Below, in pieces: positions 1-8,380 of a stretch of 64,000 bases of DNA. This DNA comes from a virus (Duplodnaviria; Caudoviricetes). Positions within the stretch are counted from its first letter, which is position 1. The number at the start of each line of letters is the position of its first letter. The notes beneath the pieces were generated by a model that was not told where the DNA came from, did not search any database, and worked only from the letters and a program-made list of their open reading frames with translations. A program made the translations under genes and the position numbers. The stretch covers positions 88,749-152,748 of IMG/VR virus record IMGVR_UViG_2825252539_000001; one strand, given 5' to 3'.

Positions 1-53
1 TCGGCTTCGGCCGGCATCATGTCGTAAAAGTCGCGGTTGATTGTTGCGCTCAT
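1..53 (-). CDS. 5' part of a small leftward gene (MSATINRDFYDMMPAEA...), truncated by the window edge
   Basis: ATG at 53 sits 6 nt downstream of a -10 box, i.e. leaderless geometry. Confidence 0.6.
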   Translation of the reverse strand, partial: MSATINRDFYDMMPAEA

Positions 54-98
54 AGACTCATCGTAACCGCTAGGTGTACCCGACGCAAGGGGTACAGC
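54..98 (-). promoter_or_regulatory. Leaderless SigA-type promoter with an operator-like inverted repeat
   Basis: Minus strand TTGCGT-N17-TACGAT-N6-ATG; GTACCC-N8-GGGTAC brackets the -35. Confidence 0.75.
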
Positions 99-109
99 GA
101 GAAAAGTTC

Positions 110-580
110 TCATCGGTTGGCCTGCCAGTCGCTTAGCGGGTAGGCGCCAACCGCGTTCGGTCGCATGCGCATAGCATCGAGACCGTCATACGCTGCGACC
201 GTCGCGATACCGTCACGCGCGAAGACGACAACGTAAGCGCTGAGGTACAGACCAGGCCTACCGCGGCCGTTCGGGTAGTACCGCGCGACAAATGCCTCAT
301 ACCGCGCGGTCAAGTCGTCACGTGGCGCGCTAGCCGGTTCTAGGTCCCTGTCGCTTACGCAATGTTGGTCAAACGGGTATGCCGGCTTGCCTACACCTAG
401 AACGTGGTATCCCATTCCGCCCGTATTGATCGGGAACGGTCCGGACGTGATTACGGCCGGATAGCGGAACGGCTTGCCGGTCTCGCTGCTTACGACGTTG
501 GGACCGCTGTAGATGGTCACCTGATCACCGCGCGCGTAGCTCACGATTCCCAACCGCTTTCCTGTGTGTAGCCGTTCCAC
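110..580 (-). CDS. Hypothetical protein
   Basis: 156-aa ORF in a tiled leftward run. Confidence 0.6.
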   Translation of the reverse strand: MERLHTGKRLGIVSYARGDQVTIYSGPNVVSSETGKPFRYPAVITSGPFPINTGGMGYHVLGVGKPAYPFDQHCVSDRDLEPASAPRDDLTARYEAFVARYYPNGRGRPGLYLSAYVVVFARDGIATVAAYDGLDAMRMRPNAVGAYPLSDWQANR

Positions 581-915
581 GTGCTGCCGCCAATCGAGAC
601 CAGCTCACTAGCGCGATACTCGCGCGTAAACCATGACGTGGTACTAGACCAAATCTCGACCTTGACGGTTGGCGCCTGGTGGTATTCATCCCAACCGGTA
701 CCGCGCGCAATGCCGGTCACGGTGCACTCATTGCGACGGACCGTCACCACGGCGCCGTTCGGGATAGCCGGCAAGTAAATGGCACTGCCTACGAAGTGCC
801 CACACGGACCGTTGCCTAGGCTGTAGTCGTCCGCGGTACCCTCCCGAAAACAGCAATGCTCTGGAGTCGAGTGCAGCGTTACCGGTCCCGACCAGCAAGG
901 GCACGGCGCGCTCAT
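541..915 (-). CDS. Hypothetical Cys/His-rich protein
   Basis: Start chosen at MSAPCPCW, which overlaps the stop of the upstream ORF. Confidence 0.55.
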   Translation of the reverse strand: MSAPCPCWSGPVTLHSTPEHCCFREGTADDYSLGNGPCGHFVGSAIYLPAIPNGAVVTVRRNECTVTGIARGTGWDEYHQAPTVKVEIWSSTTSWFTREYRASELVSIGGSTWNGYTQESGWES

Positions 916-1202
916 CGGATACCGAACGGTGCGAAGATGGCGCCGGAATTGGCCTGTACCCATTCGGCCGTGAGCGTCACGGGACCGTCTGAGACGTACT
1001 CCCAACCGCGGCAGTCAAACGTTGCGATGGCCCGACCATCGGCCGTGAGCTGTACCCAACCGGCATGGGTAAGCGTCTGAGAGTGCAGACCGTCTACCGC
1101 GTTGCGGAACTGCCGAACTTCGGTAGCCGTGACCTGATACCCCTGTGACCCGTCGGGCGCATAGCTCGGCGCTTGGATGCGGGTAAACGTTGCGTCTGAC
1201 AT
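912..1202 (-). CDS. Hypothetical protein
   Basis: 96 aa; AGGA SD upstream. Confidence 0.65.
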   Translation of the reverse strand: MSDATFTRIQAPSYAPDGSQGYQVTATEVRQFRNAVDGLHSQTLTHAGWVQLTADGRAIATFDCRGWEYVSDGPVTLTAEWVQANSGAIFAPFGIR

Positions 1203-1238
1203 GGTTGCGTTTCCTATCTGTTCTCAGGTGGTCGGTTT

Positions 1239-1264
1239 GGTCGATTCCCATTTATGGGAACTAG
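1239..1264. promoter_or_regulatory. Palindromic putative operator TTCCCAT-TT-ATGGGAA
   Basis: Intergenic; near copy at 53548-53572. Confidence 0.5.
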
Positions 1265-1322
1265 AGTGCGTACCGGTAGGCAGTAGCTAGACCGATGGCC
1301 GTAGCCGCGACAATGAGCAAGA

Positions 1323-1454
1323 TCATTGGCCGGCGCCGATCAAAGCGTTGATCCGCGCGGTAAACCAGCCGTAGAGCCACGGGTTACCCGCGTTCTGGTA
1401 TTGCGCACGTAGCGCGCGCTGTAGTGGCGTCATGTCCGACGCGTAGACCTTCAT
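1323..1454 (-). CDS. Small hypothetical protein (MKVYASDMTP...)
   Basis: Start overlaps the stop of the upstream ORF. Confidence 0.5.
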   Translation of the reverse strand: MKVYASDMTPLQRALRAQYQNAGNPWLYGWFTARINALIGAGQ

Positions 1455-1729
1455 TTGTAGACGTCCGCTGTACCGTCGGGATTGACCACTACCGTGCACG
1501 GCCACGGAGCGACCAGCTTGCCGGTATCGGAGTAGCAACCGGGCGCATGGCCGTAGTCATCGCTTGCCGGTCCGCAGATACGCAACGCGGTCTCAGTGCA
1601 GCTCCAACCGGGCTCGTCTTCTGCCGGTTGCGCTTGCGCGTGACCCGATAGACCGATGAGGCCAGCCGTTGCGAATGAAGCCGCTAGGACTACCTCAGCG
1701 CCGATAACGACTAGAGCAGTGCGGTTCAT
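1451..1729 (-). CDS. Small secreted or membrane Cys-containing protein
   Basis: MNRTALVVIGAEVVLAASFATAG signal-like N-terminus; 4 Cys. Confidence 0.6.
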   Translation of the reverse strand: MNRTALVVIGAEVVLAASFATAGLIGLSGHAQAQPAEDEPGWSCTETALRICGPASDDYGHAPGCYSDTGKLVAPWPCTVVVNPDGTADVYK

Positions 1730-1887
1730 TACCAGACCCGCCCATCTGCCGTTGCAACCCACGTGCCGTTGCCGTCTTTCACGCTGGCCCACGTAAAGGT
1801 GCGCAGCTCCGACCATTTGGCAATGGCGTCCACGCGGGTATGCGCGGCGAACGTACCGACTCCGCTGTGAATCGTGAATATGTTCAT
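1729..1887 (-). CDS. Small hypothetical protein (MNIFTIHSGVG..., 52 aa)
   Basis: Below the ORF-track cutoff; fills the gap with overlapping start and stop codons. Confidence 0.5.
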   Translation of the reverse strand: MNIFTIHSGVGTFAAHTRVDAIAKWSELRTFTWASVKDGNGTWVATADGRVW

Positions 1888-2084
1888 CGGTTCTCAATCC
1901 CTTCAATCGCTCGGAGCGTGGCAGCTGCGCCCAACCGAGCGCGCTGTTCAAACGTGGTGCCCTTGCGTGATGCCGCCATACGTGCACGGGTCACAGCAGG
2001 GGAGTGATACAGCGGGTGAGCGTGCAACTCGGCACGGTATGCCGGATCACAGACCCGTACGTCCCAGCTGCCGTGTGTCCTCAT
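1884..2084 (-). CDS. Hypothetical protein (MRTHGSWDVR...)
   Basis: ATGA coupling on both sides. Confidence 0.5.
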   Translation of the reverse strand: MRTHGSWDVRVCDPAYRAELHAHPLYHSPAVTRARMAASRKGTTFEQRARLGAAATLRAIEGIENR

Positions 2085-2278
2085 CGGACCGCTACCAAGT
2101 AAGCGGGAACCGTCGCGTGGCACGGTGCACCGTTCCAATCAACCGTCACGGTCTCGACAGTGCGAGCGGTGACGATTCCCAAGTGATACGACGCGAAGCC
2201 GTACCGGTCTAGGAGAACGACGCGCGCGCCGACCGTGGCGCGGGGATTGACCGAAGCGGTGATTTCCGAATTGCTCAT
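2081..2278 (-). CDS. Hypothetical protein, first gene of a leaderless transcript
   Basis: ATG 6 nt after the -10 box. Confidence 0.65.
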   Translation of the reverse strand: MSNSEITASVNPRATVGARVVLLDRYGFASYHLGIVTARTVETVTVDWNGAPCHATVPAYLVAVR

Positions 2279-2323
2279 GACTCCAGACTACCCGTCAGAC
2301 GTACCCCTTGCAAGGGGTACAGC
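2279..2323 (-). promoter_or_regulatory. Leaderless SigA-type promoter with a perfect 20-bp palindrome
   Basis: Minus strand TTGCAA-N17-TAGTCT-N6-ATG; GTACCCCTTGCAAGGGGTAC at 2301-2320. Confidence 0.8.
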
Positions 2324-2373
2324 CGTCGGGTATGTACCACCTTCGCAGTGAACGCGTAGAGCGTCTAACAACA

Positions 2374-2570
2374 GTTTGCTAGCAAACACACATAGTTAGC
2401 TGTGCATGTGTTTGCTGCCCACACTCGAACGGGTTTGTCAAGGGCTCTGACCTGCGGTAACGGGGGGGAGGGTCGAAACTTCGGTTTGCTACCGGGCGGG
2501 TGACATCCGTCAGGGATTTTTCTCCCCGACAAGAAATTCTAGCAAAAAGTGACCGTTGACCAGGGGTTTT
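2374..2570. other. Putative cos/packaging region; candidate 4-nt overhang ATCC at 2505-2508
   Basis: Non-coding strand switch; G-run 2462-2468; TGAC-ATCC-GTCA dyad; TTTTTCTCCCC; repeated GTTTGCT/AGCAAA; lies directly before the packaging genes. Confidence 0.6.
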
Positions 2571-2598
2571 CGGCACATGACAAGCAAGGGAACCCGGA

Positions 2599-3210
2599 TT
2601 GCGGCTACTTGCACACCAAATCGAGATCGTCGAGGCGATCAACAACAATTTCGTGACGTCGATATCCGCGCCACGACAGAACGGCAAATCATATGCCGCC
2701 CTCGCAGCAGCGATAGAGATAGGCGGCAGAACGCTTTTCGTTTCGCAGGGCTTCGCTGCAGCAAAGTGCCGATTCACAGAGGCTGAACGCTATGAATCCG
2801 ACCGCGTCATCAAAGCATGCCGGACCAATGGCGAGCTATCCGTCATCCGCGAAAGCGGAACCATCAACTTCCTCGCGTACTCGAAGTACATCGGCCGCGG
2901 AATGTCCGCTGACACGCTGATCCTCGACGACGCCGACTTCGTCGATAACCCCGAGCTGATCGCGAACCTTTACCCGGTCATCGCCACATCGAAGAACCCG
3001 CGCATCGTCGCCCTCGGCATCCTGCCCGACCGCGGCCTCGCTGCCCACTTCTACGAGTGTGCCGACAAAGTCCTGCACTGGTACGGCGACACCGAGGCGA
3101 AGGCCAACCCCGCTCTTGGCACGCTCATCTCCGAGAAAGCCATCGAGCGTGAGAAGCAGGTCATGCCGCCCGACATCTACCGGCGCGACCGGCTGGGCCT
3201 CTATGACTAA
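2599..3210 (+). CDS. Truncated terminase large-subunit-like ATPase
   Basis: SAPRQNGKS Walker A, LILDDAD Walker B, ANPALG motif; no nuclease domain. Confidence 0.75.
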   Translation: MRLLAHQIEIVEAINNNFVTSISAPRQNGKSYAALAAAIEIGGRTLFVSQGFAAAKCRFTEAERYESDRVIKACRTNGELSVIRESGTINFLAYSKYIGRGMSADTLILDDADFVDNPELIANLYPVIATSKNPRIVALGILPDRGLAAHFYECADKVLHWYGDTEAKANPALGTLISEKAIEREKQVMPPDIYRRDRLGLYD

Positions 3211-3598
3211 GAAGACCACCGACAAAGGTCTCGGCCGGCGCCATCAAGCCGCCGTCGATTACCTCAAGCAGAAGCACCGAGACGGCTCTCCGTGCGACTG
3301 GTGCGGCAAGCCGATGTACCTCGATCCGACCAAGAACCCTGACTACGACTGGAGCGCCCCTGGCCGGCGCGGCAACGGGGTCCTGCAGGGCGATCACAGT
3401 GTGGTCAGCCGTTCAGAGTCTCTGCGCCGCGGTGAGCCTGTCTTGCCGCCGGATCGACTGCTTCATGCCGAGTGCAACCGCCAGCGCGGTGCCGGCCTCA
3501 ACGACCATCTAGCCGCGGTCAACCGTAGCTCAGTAAAGCCACTCCTACCCGTATCCGAGTCGCCCGCGCGCGCAATGCCGTGGCCCTGGGCTGACTGA
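3203..3598 (+). CDS. HNH endonuclease (packaging-associated)
   Basis: CDWCG...GDH...LLHAECNRQRG; adjacent to terminase. Confidence 0.8.
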   Translation: MTKKTTDKGLGRRHQAAVDYLKQKHRDGSPCDWCGKPMYLDPTKNPDYDWSAPGRRGNGVLQGDHSVVSRSESLRRGEPVLPPDRLLHAECNRQRGAGLNDHLAAVNRSSVKPLLPVSESPARAMPWPWAD

Positions 3599-3606
3599 AT
3601 AAGGCC

Positions 3607-3681
3607 TCTCGGCTCGCGCCATAGGAGGCGCGGCAACAGGCAACATCCCAACAACATTGCCGCGGGCGTTGCGAGCCGAGA
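3607..3681 (+). other. Long intergenic stem-loop
   Basis: TCTCGGCTCGC/GCGAGCCGAGA (11 bp) and CGCGGCAA/TTGCCGCG (8 bp) with an AC-rich loop. Confidence 0.6.
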
Positions 3682-3700
3682 TCACTTTTAGGGGAAATTC

Positions 3701-3775
3701 ATGAAGAAGTTCTTCACCAATGCATTGATCAATCTCGCCGTCTGCGTCGACCTGATCGCGGCATGGCGGAGCTAG
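3701..3775 (+). CDS. 24-aa micro-ORF MKKFFTNALINLAVCVDLIAAWRS
   Basis: AGGGGA SD; overlaps the TerS start. Confidence 0.4.
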   Translation: MKKFFTNALINLAVCVDLIAAWRS

Positions 3776-4152
3776 GCGAACGCGGTCAAGAGGTCTACGA
3801 CGCCCTGACGAAGGGCCGCGAAGTCAGCGGGGCTCATAAAGCCATGGCGCTCAACGCAGCCCGCCTCGCCGACACCCTCGACCGCATCGACACCGAATTC
3901 GCGTTGAGTCCTCACCTGACCGTCGAAAACGGCCAGGGCACGATCACCATCAACCCACTGATCGCCGAGTCGCGACAGATTACCGGGTCGCTCATGCAAA
4001 TCCTCGCCAAGTTGGGCGTCGCAGCTCTCCCGGAACCAAAGTCCGGAGAGAAGTCTGCACGTGACCAGCTTGCTGAAAAACGAGCTAAGCGACAAGCCGA
4101 TATTCGGGGATCAGCGTCCCCGGATTCTGTACAGCCCGCCAGCTCCAACTAG
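3763..4152 (+). CDS. Terminase small subunit
   Basis: AARLADTLDRI...INPLIAESRQ...LAKLG...DQLAEKRAKR pattern; precedes TerL. Confidence 0.75.
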   Translation: MAELGERGQEVYDALTKGREVSGAHKAMALNAARLADTLDRIDTEFALSPHLTVENGQGTITINPLIAESRQITGSLMQILAKLGVAALPEPKSGEKSARDQLAEKRAKRQADIRGSASPDSVQPASSN

Positions 4153-5626
4153 CGCCGGCCAGGAGGCTATTGACCTAGCCGAAGCCTCCGGCCTCATCCT
4201 CGACCCCTGGCAGTGCACATTCCTCATGGAAGCGCTCAAAGAGCGCGAGGACGGCCGCTGGGCCGCGTTCGAGATCGGCCTCATGGTGAGCCGCCAGAAC
4301 GGCAAGGGCTCCGCCCTGGAGGCGTTGGCGCTCTTCGGAATTCTCCTTGGCGGTGAACGCCTGATCATCTGGAGCGCCCACGAGTTCAAGACCGCGAAGA
4401 ACGCCATGGAACGCATGGTCACGCTTCTGCGGAACTCTGGCGAGCGCTTCAAGGCCACCAACTCCCATGGCGCCGAGGGCATCGAACTCTTGGACGGCCC
4501 GAATGCCGGCGCCAAGATCCTCTTCCAGACGCGTACCAAGGGCAGCGGCCTGGGCTTGACGGCCGATCGCATCATCCTCGACGAGGCAATGATGATCTCG
4601 CCGGAATCCCTGCAGGCCCTGATGTTCACGGTGGCCGCAACGCCGAATCCGCAGATCGTCTACACCGGCTCCGCGGTGGATCAGCGTATCCACGCCAACT
4701 GCGAGGTGTTCGGCGGCGTCCGTGCCCGGGCTCTCGAAGCCTTGGCCAGTGGAATCGACACGTCTGTCTGCTACCTGGAATGGTCCTGCCCGGACGATCT
4801 CGATCAATCCGAGTTCGCCAAGCCGAAGTACTGGGCAATGGCCAACCCCGGCATGGGCTACCGCCTCAGCGTCGAGAAGATCTCCAACGAATACCAAGCC
4901 CTGCGAACCAATCCGCGTGCCTTCGGCGTCCAGCGGCTGGGAGTAGGGGACTGGCCAGTCTTCGGTGACGCCCGCTCCGAGATCCCCACCGAACGCTGGC
5001 AGGCGATGATCGATCCCAAGCCGCAATTCATCGGCTCACCCGTCGTAACGCTCTACCGCACGCGCGAAGGTGGCCGTTGGGCTATTGCTGGGGCACAGCG
5101 CACGCTCACCGTGCGCGACGACAACACCGAAGACGCTCGCATCCACGTCGACATCGGCTATGCCGGCGAAGAAACCGTCGACCAAGTAATCACTCGCATG
5201 ATCGACGTCATTACCGCGTGGGCGCCGGCCGCGGTCGTCGTTGGCCACGGTGGCGCTGCAGAGGTTCTGCCTCAGCTTGAAGCCGCCGGCATCGAACCGA
5301 TCGTTCCGACTACCACCGAAGAAGCGCAGGCCTGTGGCGGGTTCTTGAATGACTGCTTCGTCACTCCGCCGCCGCTATCCCATTTCGACCAACCCAATCT
5401 GAACAACGCTGTCGCGCACGCCATCCGGAAAGACCTTCCGAGCGGCGGTTTCGTGTGGGCGGTCGACAACGAAGACACGTACGCCGACTTGATGGCGGCA
5501 ACCCTATCCCGCTGGGCAGTAATGAAATTCGGCTTGGACGACCAATCCGAAGCGATGGTCTATGACTGGCCGACTCAGGAAGAGATCGACGCCTGGCTGG
5601 AAGAGGAAGACGAGGACGACTTTTGA
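4061..5626 (+). CDS. Terminase large subunit
   Basis: VSRQNGKG Walker A, IILDEA Walker B, ANPGMG. Confidence 0.92.
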   Translation: MTSLLKNELSDKPIFGDQRPRILYSPPAPTSAGQEAIDLAEASGLILDPWQCTFLMEALKEREDGRWAAFEIGLMVSRQNGKGSALEALALFGILLGGERLIIWSAHEFKTAKNAMERMVTLLRNSGERFKATNSHGAEGIELLDGPNAGAKILFQTRTKGSGLGLTADRIILDEAMMISPESLQALMFTVAATPNPQIVYTGSAVDQRIHANCEVFGGVRARALEALASGIDTSVCYLEWSCPDDLDQSEFAKPKYWAMANPGMGYRLSVEKISNEYQALRTNPRAFGVQRLGVGDWPVFGDARSEIPTERWQAMIDPKPQFIGSPVVTLYRTREGGRWAIAGAQRTLTVRDDNTEDARIHVDIGYAGEETVDQVITRMIDVITAWAPAAVVVGHGGAAEVLPQLEAAGIEPIVPTTTEEAQACGGFLNDCFVTPPPLSHFDQPNLNNAVAHAIRKDLPSGGFVWAVDNEDTYADLMAATLSRWAVMKFGLDDQSEAMVYDWPTQEEIDAWLEEEDEDDF

Positions 5627-5880
5627 CAGAGCGACTGAAAACGATTCGCTCTTGGTTGATCGGATTAACCCCTTCGATCGACCTGCGCAGTGTGCAGGGT
5701 GTTCTAGCAACGATCGTTGAACTGCTCGGGTTCGCGGCGATCGTCTACGGCTGCTTCCTGATTGCCCCGTTTGTCGGCGCCATCGTGGCTGGCATCGCTC
5801 TACTCATCCTGGCTCGCGCCATCGATCCTCCATCAGCACCGCCAACCCCGTATGCCAATAAGGAGGACGGATGGCCTTAA
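5623..5880 (+). CDS. Small membrane protein
   Basis: Two hydrophobic segments; between TerL and portal. Confidence 0.7.
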   Translation: MTERLKTIRSWLIGLTPSIDLRSVQGVLATIVELLGFAAIVYGCFLIAPFVGAIVAGIALLILARAIDPPSAPPTPYANKEDGWP

Positions 5881-7091
5881 TATCCCGTGCCTTCCCCGGC
5901 GTCGAGAAGCGTCTTGCGGACTTTGGGCCGGCCACTGAGATCCCAAGCTGGGCTGAAGTATCCGCGCTGGAATCCGGACCGCGACAGGGCGGGAGGGCAG
6001 CGAGCCTGTCAGCGTTCGTTGCGTGCCGGCGCATCCTTTGCGACGGTGTGGCAACCCTGCCGCTGCGGGCGTTCCGCGAAAAGGGCGAAATCCGCATCCT
6101 GAGTAAGCCTCAGCCCCCGTTACTGCAGAAGACCCCATACCCGGGAATCGTCTGGCGCGACTGGCTGTGGATGGTCATGAATTCCCTTGTCGTGACCGGC
6201 AACGCGTTTCTGCGAGTGACCGCCCGCGGCCCTGACAATCGGCCGACGTCACTGCTTCCGCTTCACCCCGACGCCGTCAAGGTCGAGCCCGACAAAGAGT
6301 TGGGCTGGACGGTACCGATCTACAAGATCAACGGCAAGATCACGCCGGCCGAAGACATCGTCCACATCAAGCGGTACCCCATTGCGGGTTCCGTGGTCAG
6401 TCTCTCGGTTATCGAGGATTGCGCCGTAACGTTCGATCTGAGCGACGCGGCGAACAAGTACGGCCTCAGGTGGTTTCGCGACTCCGCGAATCCCAGCGGG
6501 ATTCTGTCGAGCGATCAAGACCTAACTCCGACCCAGATCAAACAATCCCAGAAGAACTGGATTCTCAGTCACCGCGGCAGCCGCTATCCGGCAATGCTGG
6601 GCGGTGGCCTGAAGTGGCAATCACTCTCCATCACCCCCGAGGAGAGCCAGTTCCTAGAGACTCGGAAGTTTCAGCGCTCCGAGATTGCGATGCTCTTCGG
6701 CGTCCCGCCTCACATGATCGGCGACATCGAGAAGCAAACAAGTTACGGCACAGGGGTTGAGCAGCAATCCATCGGGTTCGCTGTGTACACACTTCGCCCC
6801 TGGCTCGAATGCATCGAACAAATTCTGAACACGCTTCTCCCTGGCGGTCAGTACGTGAAGTTTGGCATCGATGCGCTGCTGCGCGGCGACTACAAGGCTC
6901 GCCAAGAGGGTTACCAAATGGCAATCCAGAGCGGCTATCTGTCCGTCAATGAGGTTCGGGCACTGGAGGATCGCGAACCGATCCCGGGTGGCGATATCCA
7001 CCTGCAGCCCATGAACTTCGTCCCCCTTGGCTATGTGCCACCGGAGCCCAAGGCTCCAACTACACCTCCCGCCCACGGCGAGAAAGGTTAA
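5871..7091 (+). CDS. Portal protein (HK97 type)
   Basis: ESQFLETRKFQRSEIAMLFGVPPHMIG; NEVRALEDREPIPGGD. Confidence 0.93.
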   Translation: MALISRAFPGVEKRLADFGPATEIPSWAEVSALESGPRQGGRAASLSAFVACRRILCDGVATLPLRAFREKGEIRILSKPQPPLLQKTPYPGIVWRDWLWMVMNSLVVTGNAFLRVTARGPDNRPTSLLPLHPDAVKVEPDKELGWTVPIYKINGKITPAEDIVHIKRYPIAGSVVSLSVIEDCAVTFDLSDAANKYGLRWFRDSANPSGILSSDQDLTPTQIKQSQKNWILSHRGSRYPAMLGGGLKWQSLSITPEESQFLETRKFQRSEIAMLFGVPPHMIGDIEKQTSYGTGVEQQSIGFAVYTLRPWLECIEQILNTLLPGGQYVKFGIDALLRGDYKARQEGYQMAIQSGYLSVNEVRALEDREPIPGGDIHLQPMNFVPLGYVPPEPKAPTTPPAHGEKG

Positions 7092-7094
7092 CCA

Positions 7095-8231
7095 TTGAAA
7101 ACTCGTCGTAATAGGCCAGAACTTAACGATGCCCCCGAACGGCGCAGTATCGCGTCCGACCAGTTGGAGATTCGCGACAACAGCGAGAATCCGGACACCC
7201 TGACGCTCACCGGTTACGCCAGCACCTTCGAGCCGTACGAGATGTACGGCGGGCCGGCGGCCGGCGGCTGGATCGAGCAGATCGATCCGCACGCGTTCGA
7301 CAAGACCCTGCGCGAGAAGCCGGATCTTCACCTGTTGGTGAACCATGAAGGCTGGTCCCTGGGTCGGACCAAGTCAGGCACGTTGAAGCTGGGTGTCGAC
7401 GGCCATGGACTGCGTGTCGAATCTGATTTGGACCGCAGCGATCCCGACGTTCAGCGTCTGGAGCCCAAGATGCGTCGCAAGGACATGGACGAGATGTCGT
7501 TCGCCTTCCGGGTCAAGGGCCAGGAATGGCGCGCCGCACCGGGATTCGAAGATATCGACGAAGAGTCCTATCGGCTCATCACTGAGATCTCCCTGCACAA
7601 GGGCGATGTGTCCGTCGTGAACTTCGGCGCCAACCCGACAACCCAAGCTGCAGTACGAGCACTGCGTCTCCTAGAGGACTGCGACCCTGAGCAGCTCGCC
7701 GAGCTGCGTTCCGGCAGCGACCTCGGTCCGCGAGGTTCAGCCATTCTGGAACTGCTCAGTGCGTCTGACGAGGTTGAGACCCCCGAGGAAGAGCGTCAGG
7801 ACGAGGTCGACGAGACCGACGAAGTGACCGAACCCGAAGAGCGGGAGGAGACCTCGGACGAGGTCACCGAGACCGAGGAAGAGACCGGTGAGGTCGAAGA
7901 CGTCGCGGAAGTTGCCGAAGAGATCGACGAGCGTGAAATCACTCTCGAATCTGTTCTGGCTGACATCGAGTCGGCCGGCCTGGTTGACGCTGTCCGCGAA
8001 GCGATTTCGGCTGTCGAGTCTTTCGTTGGCGTCGCCACAGGTATCACCGTCGACCAGATTCGCGAGGTTGTCGAAGGCATCATCGCCGAGCGCGAAGCCA
8101 CTCACGAAACCGAAGAAACGTCTACCGACGAAGAGCGGGCTGACGAGGTCGAAGAGGACTCCACCGAGTCCGATGAGACCGAGCCCCGGGGCATGAGCCT
8201 GCTGCTCGCCCTTTCTCTCGACGAGGACTAA
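7095..8231 (+). CDS. Capsid maturation protease with an acidic C-terminal extension
   Basis: GYASTF, LLVNH, EMSFAF, VSVVNFGANP; Glu-rich tail. Confidence 0.88.
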   Translation: MKTRRNRPELNDAPERRSIASDQLEIRDNSENPDTLTLTGYASTFEPYEMYGGPAAGGWIEQIDPHAFDKTLREKPDLHLLVNHEGWSLGRTKSGTLKLGVDGHGLRVESDLDRSDPDVQRLEPKMRRKDMDEMSFAFRVKGQEWRAAPGFEDIDEESYRLITEISLHKGDVSVVNFGANPTTQAAVRALRLLEDCDPEQLAELRSGSDLGPRGSAILELLSASDEVETPEEERQDEVDETDEVTEPEEREETSDEVTETEEETGEVEDVAEVAEEIDEREITLESVLADIESAGLVDAVREAISAVESFVGVATGITVDQIREVVEGIIAEREATHETEETSTDEERADEVEEDSTESDETEPRGMSLLLALSLDED

Positions 8232-8267
8232 GAACCACACCCGAATCTCATTCGGGGTCAAAGCCAT

Positions 8268-8328
8268 TGCCTGGCACAGGCATGTCAAAAATCGTCCGAT
8301 CTGTGGGCGTCCGCGCTGGCACTGCGCG
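8268..8328 (+). promoter_or_regulatory. Two CTGGCAC-loop hairpins in the capsid leader
   Basis: TGCCTGGCACAGGCA and CGCGC-TGGCACT-GCGCG; motif recurs at 16548 and 16644. Confidence 0.55.
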
Positions 8329-8380
8329 TGAAAAGTCAAGTGTCCGTTGAGGACTGACGCACGAAAGGTGCAAATCACTT

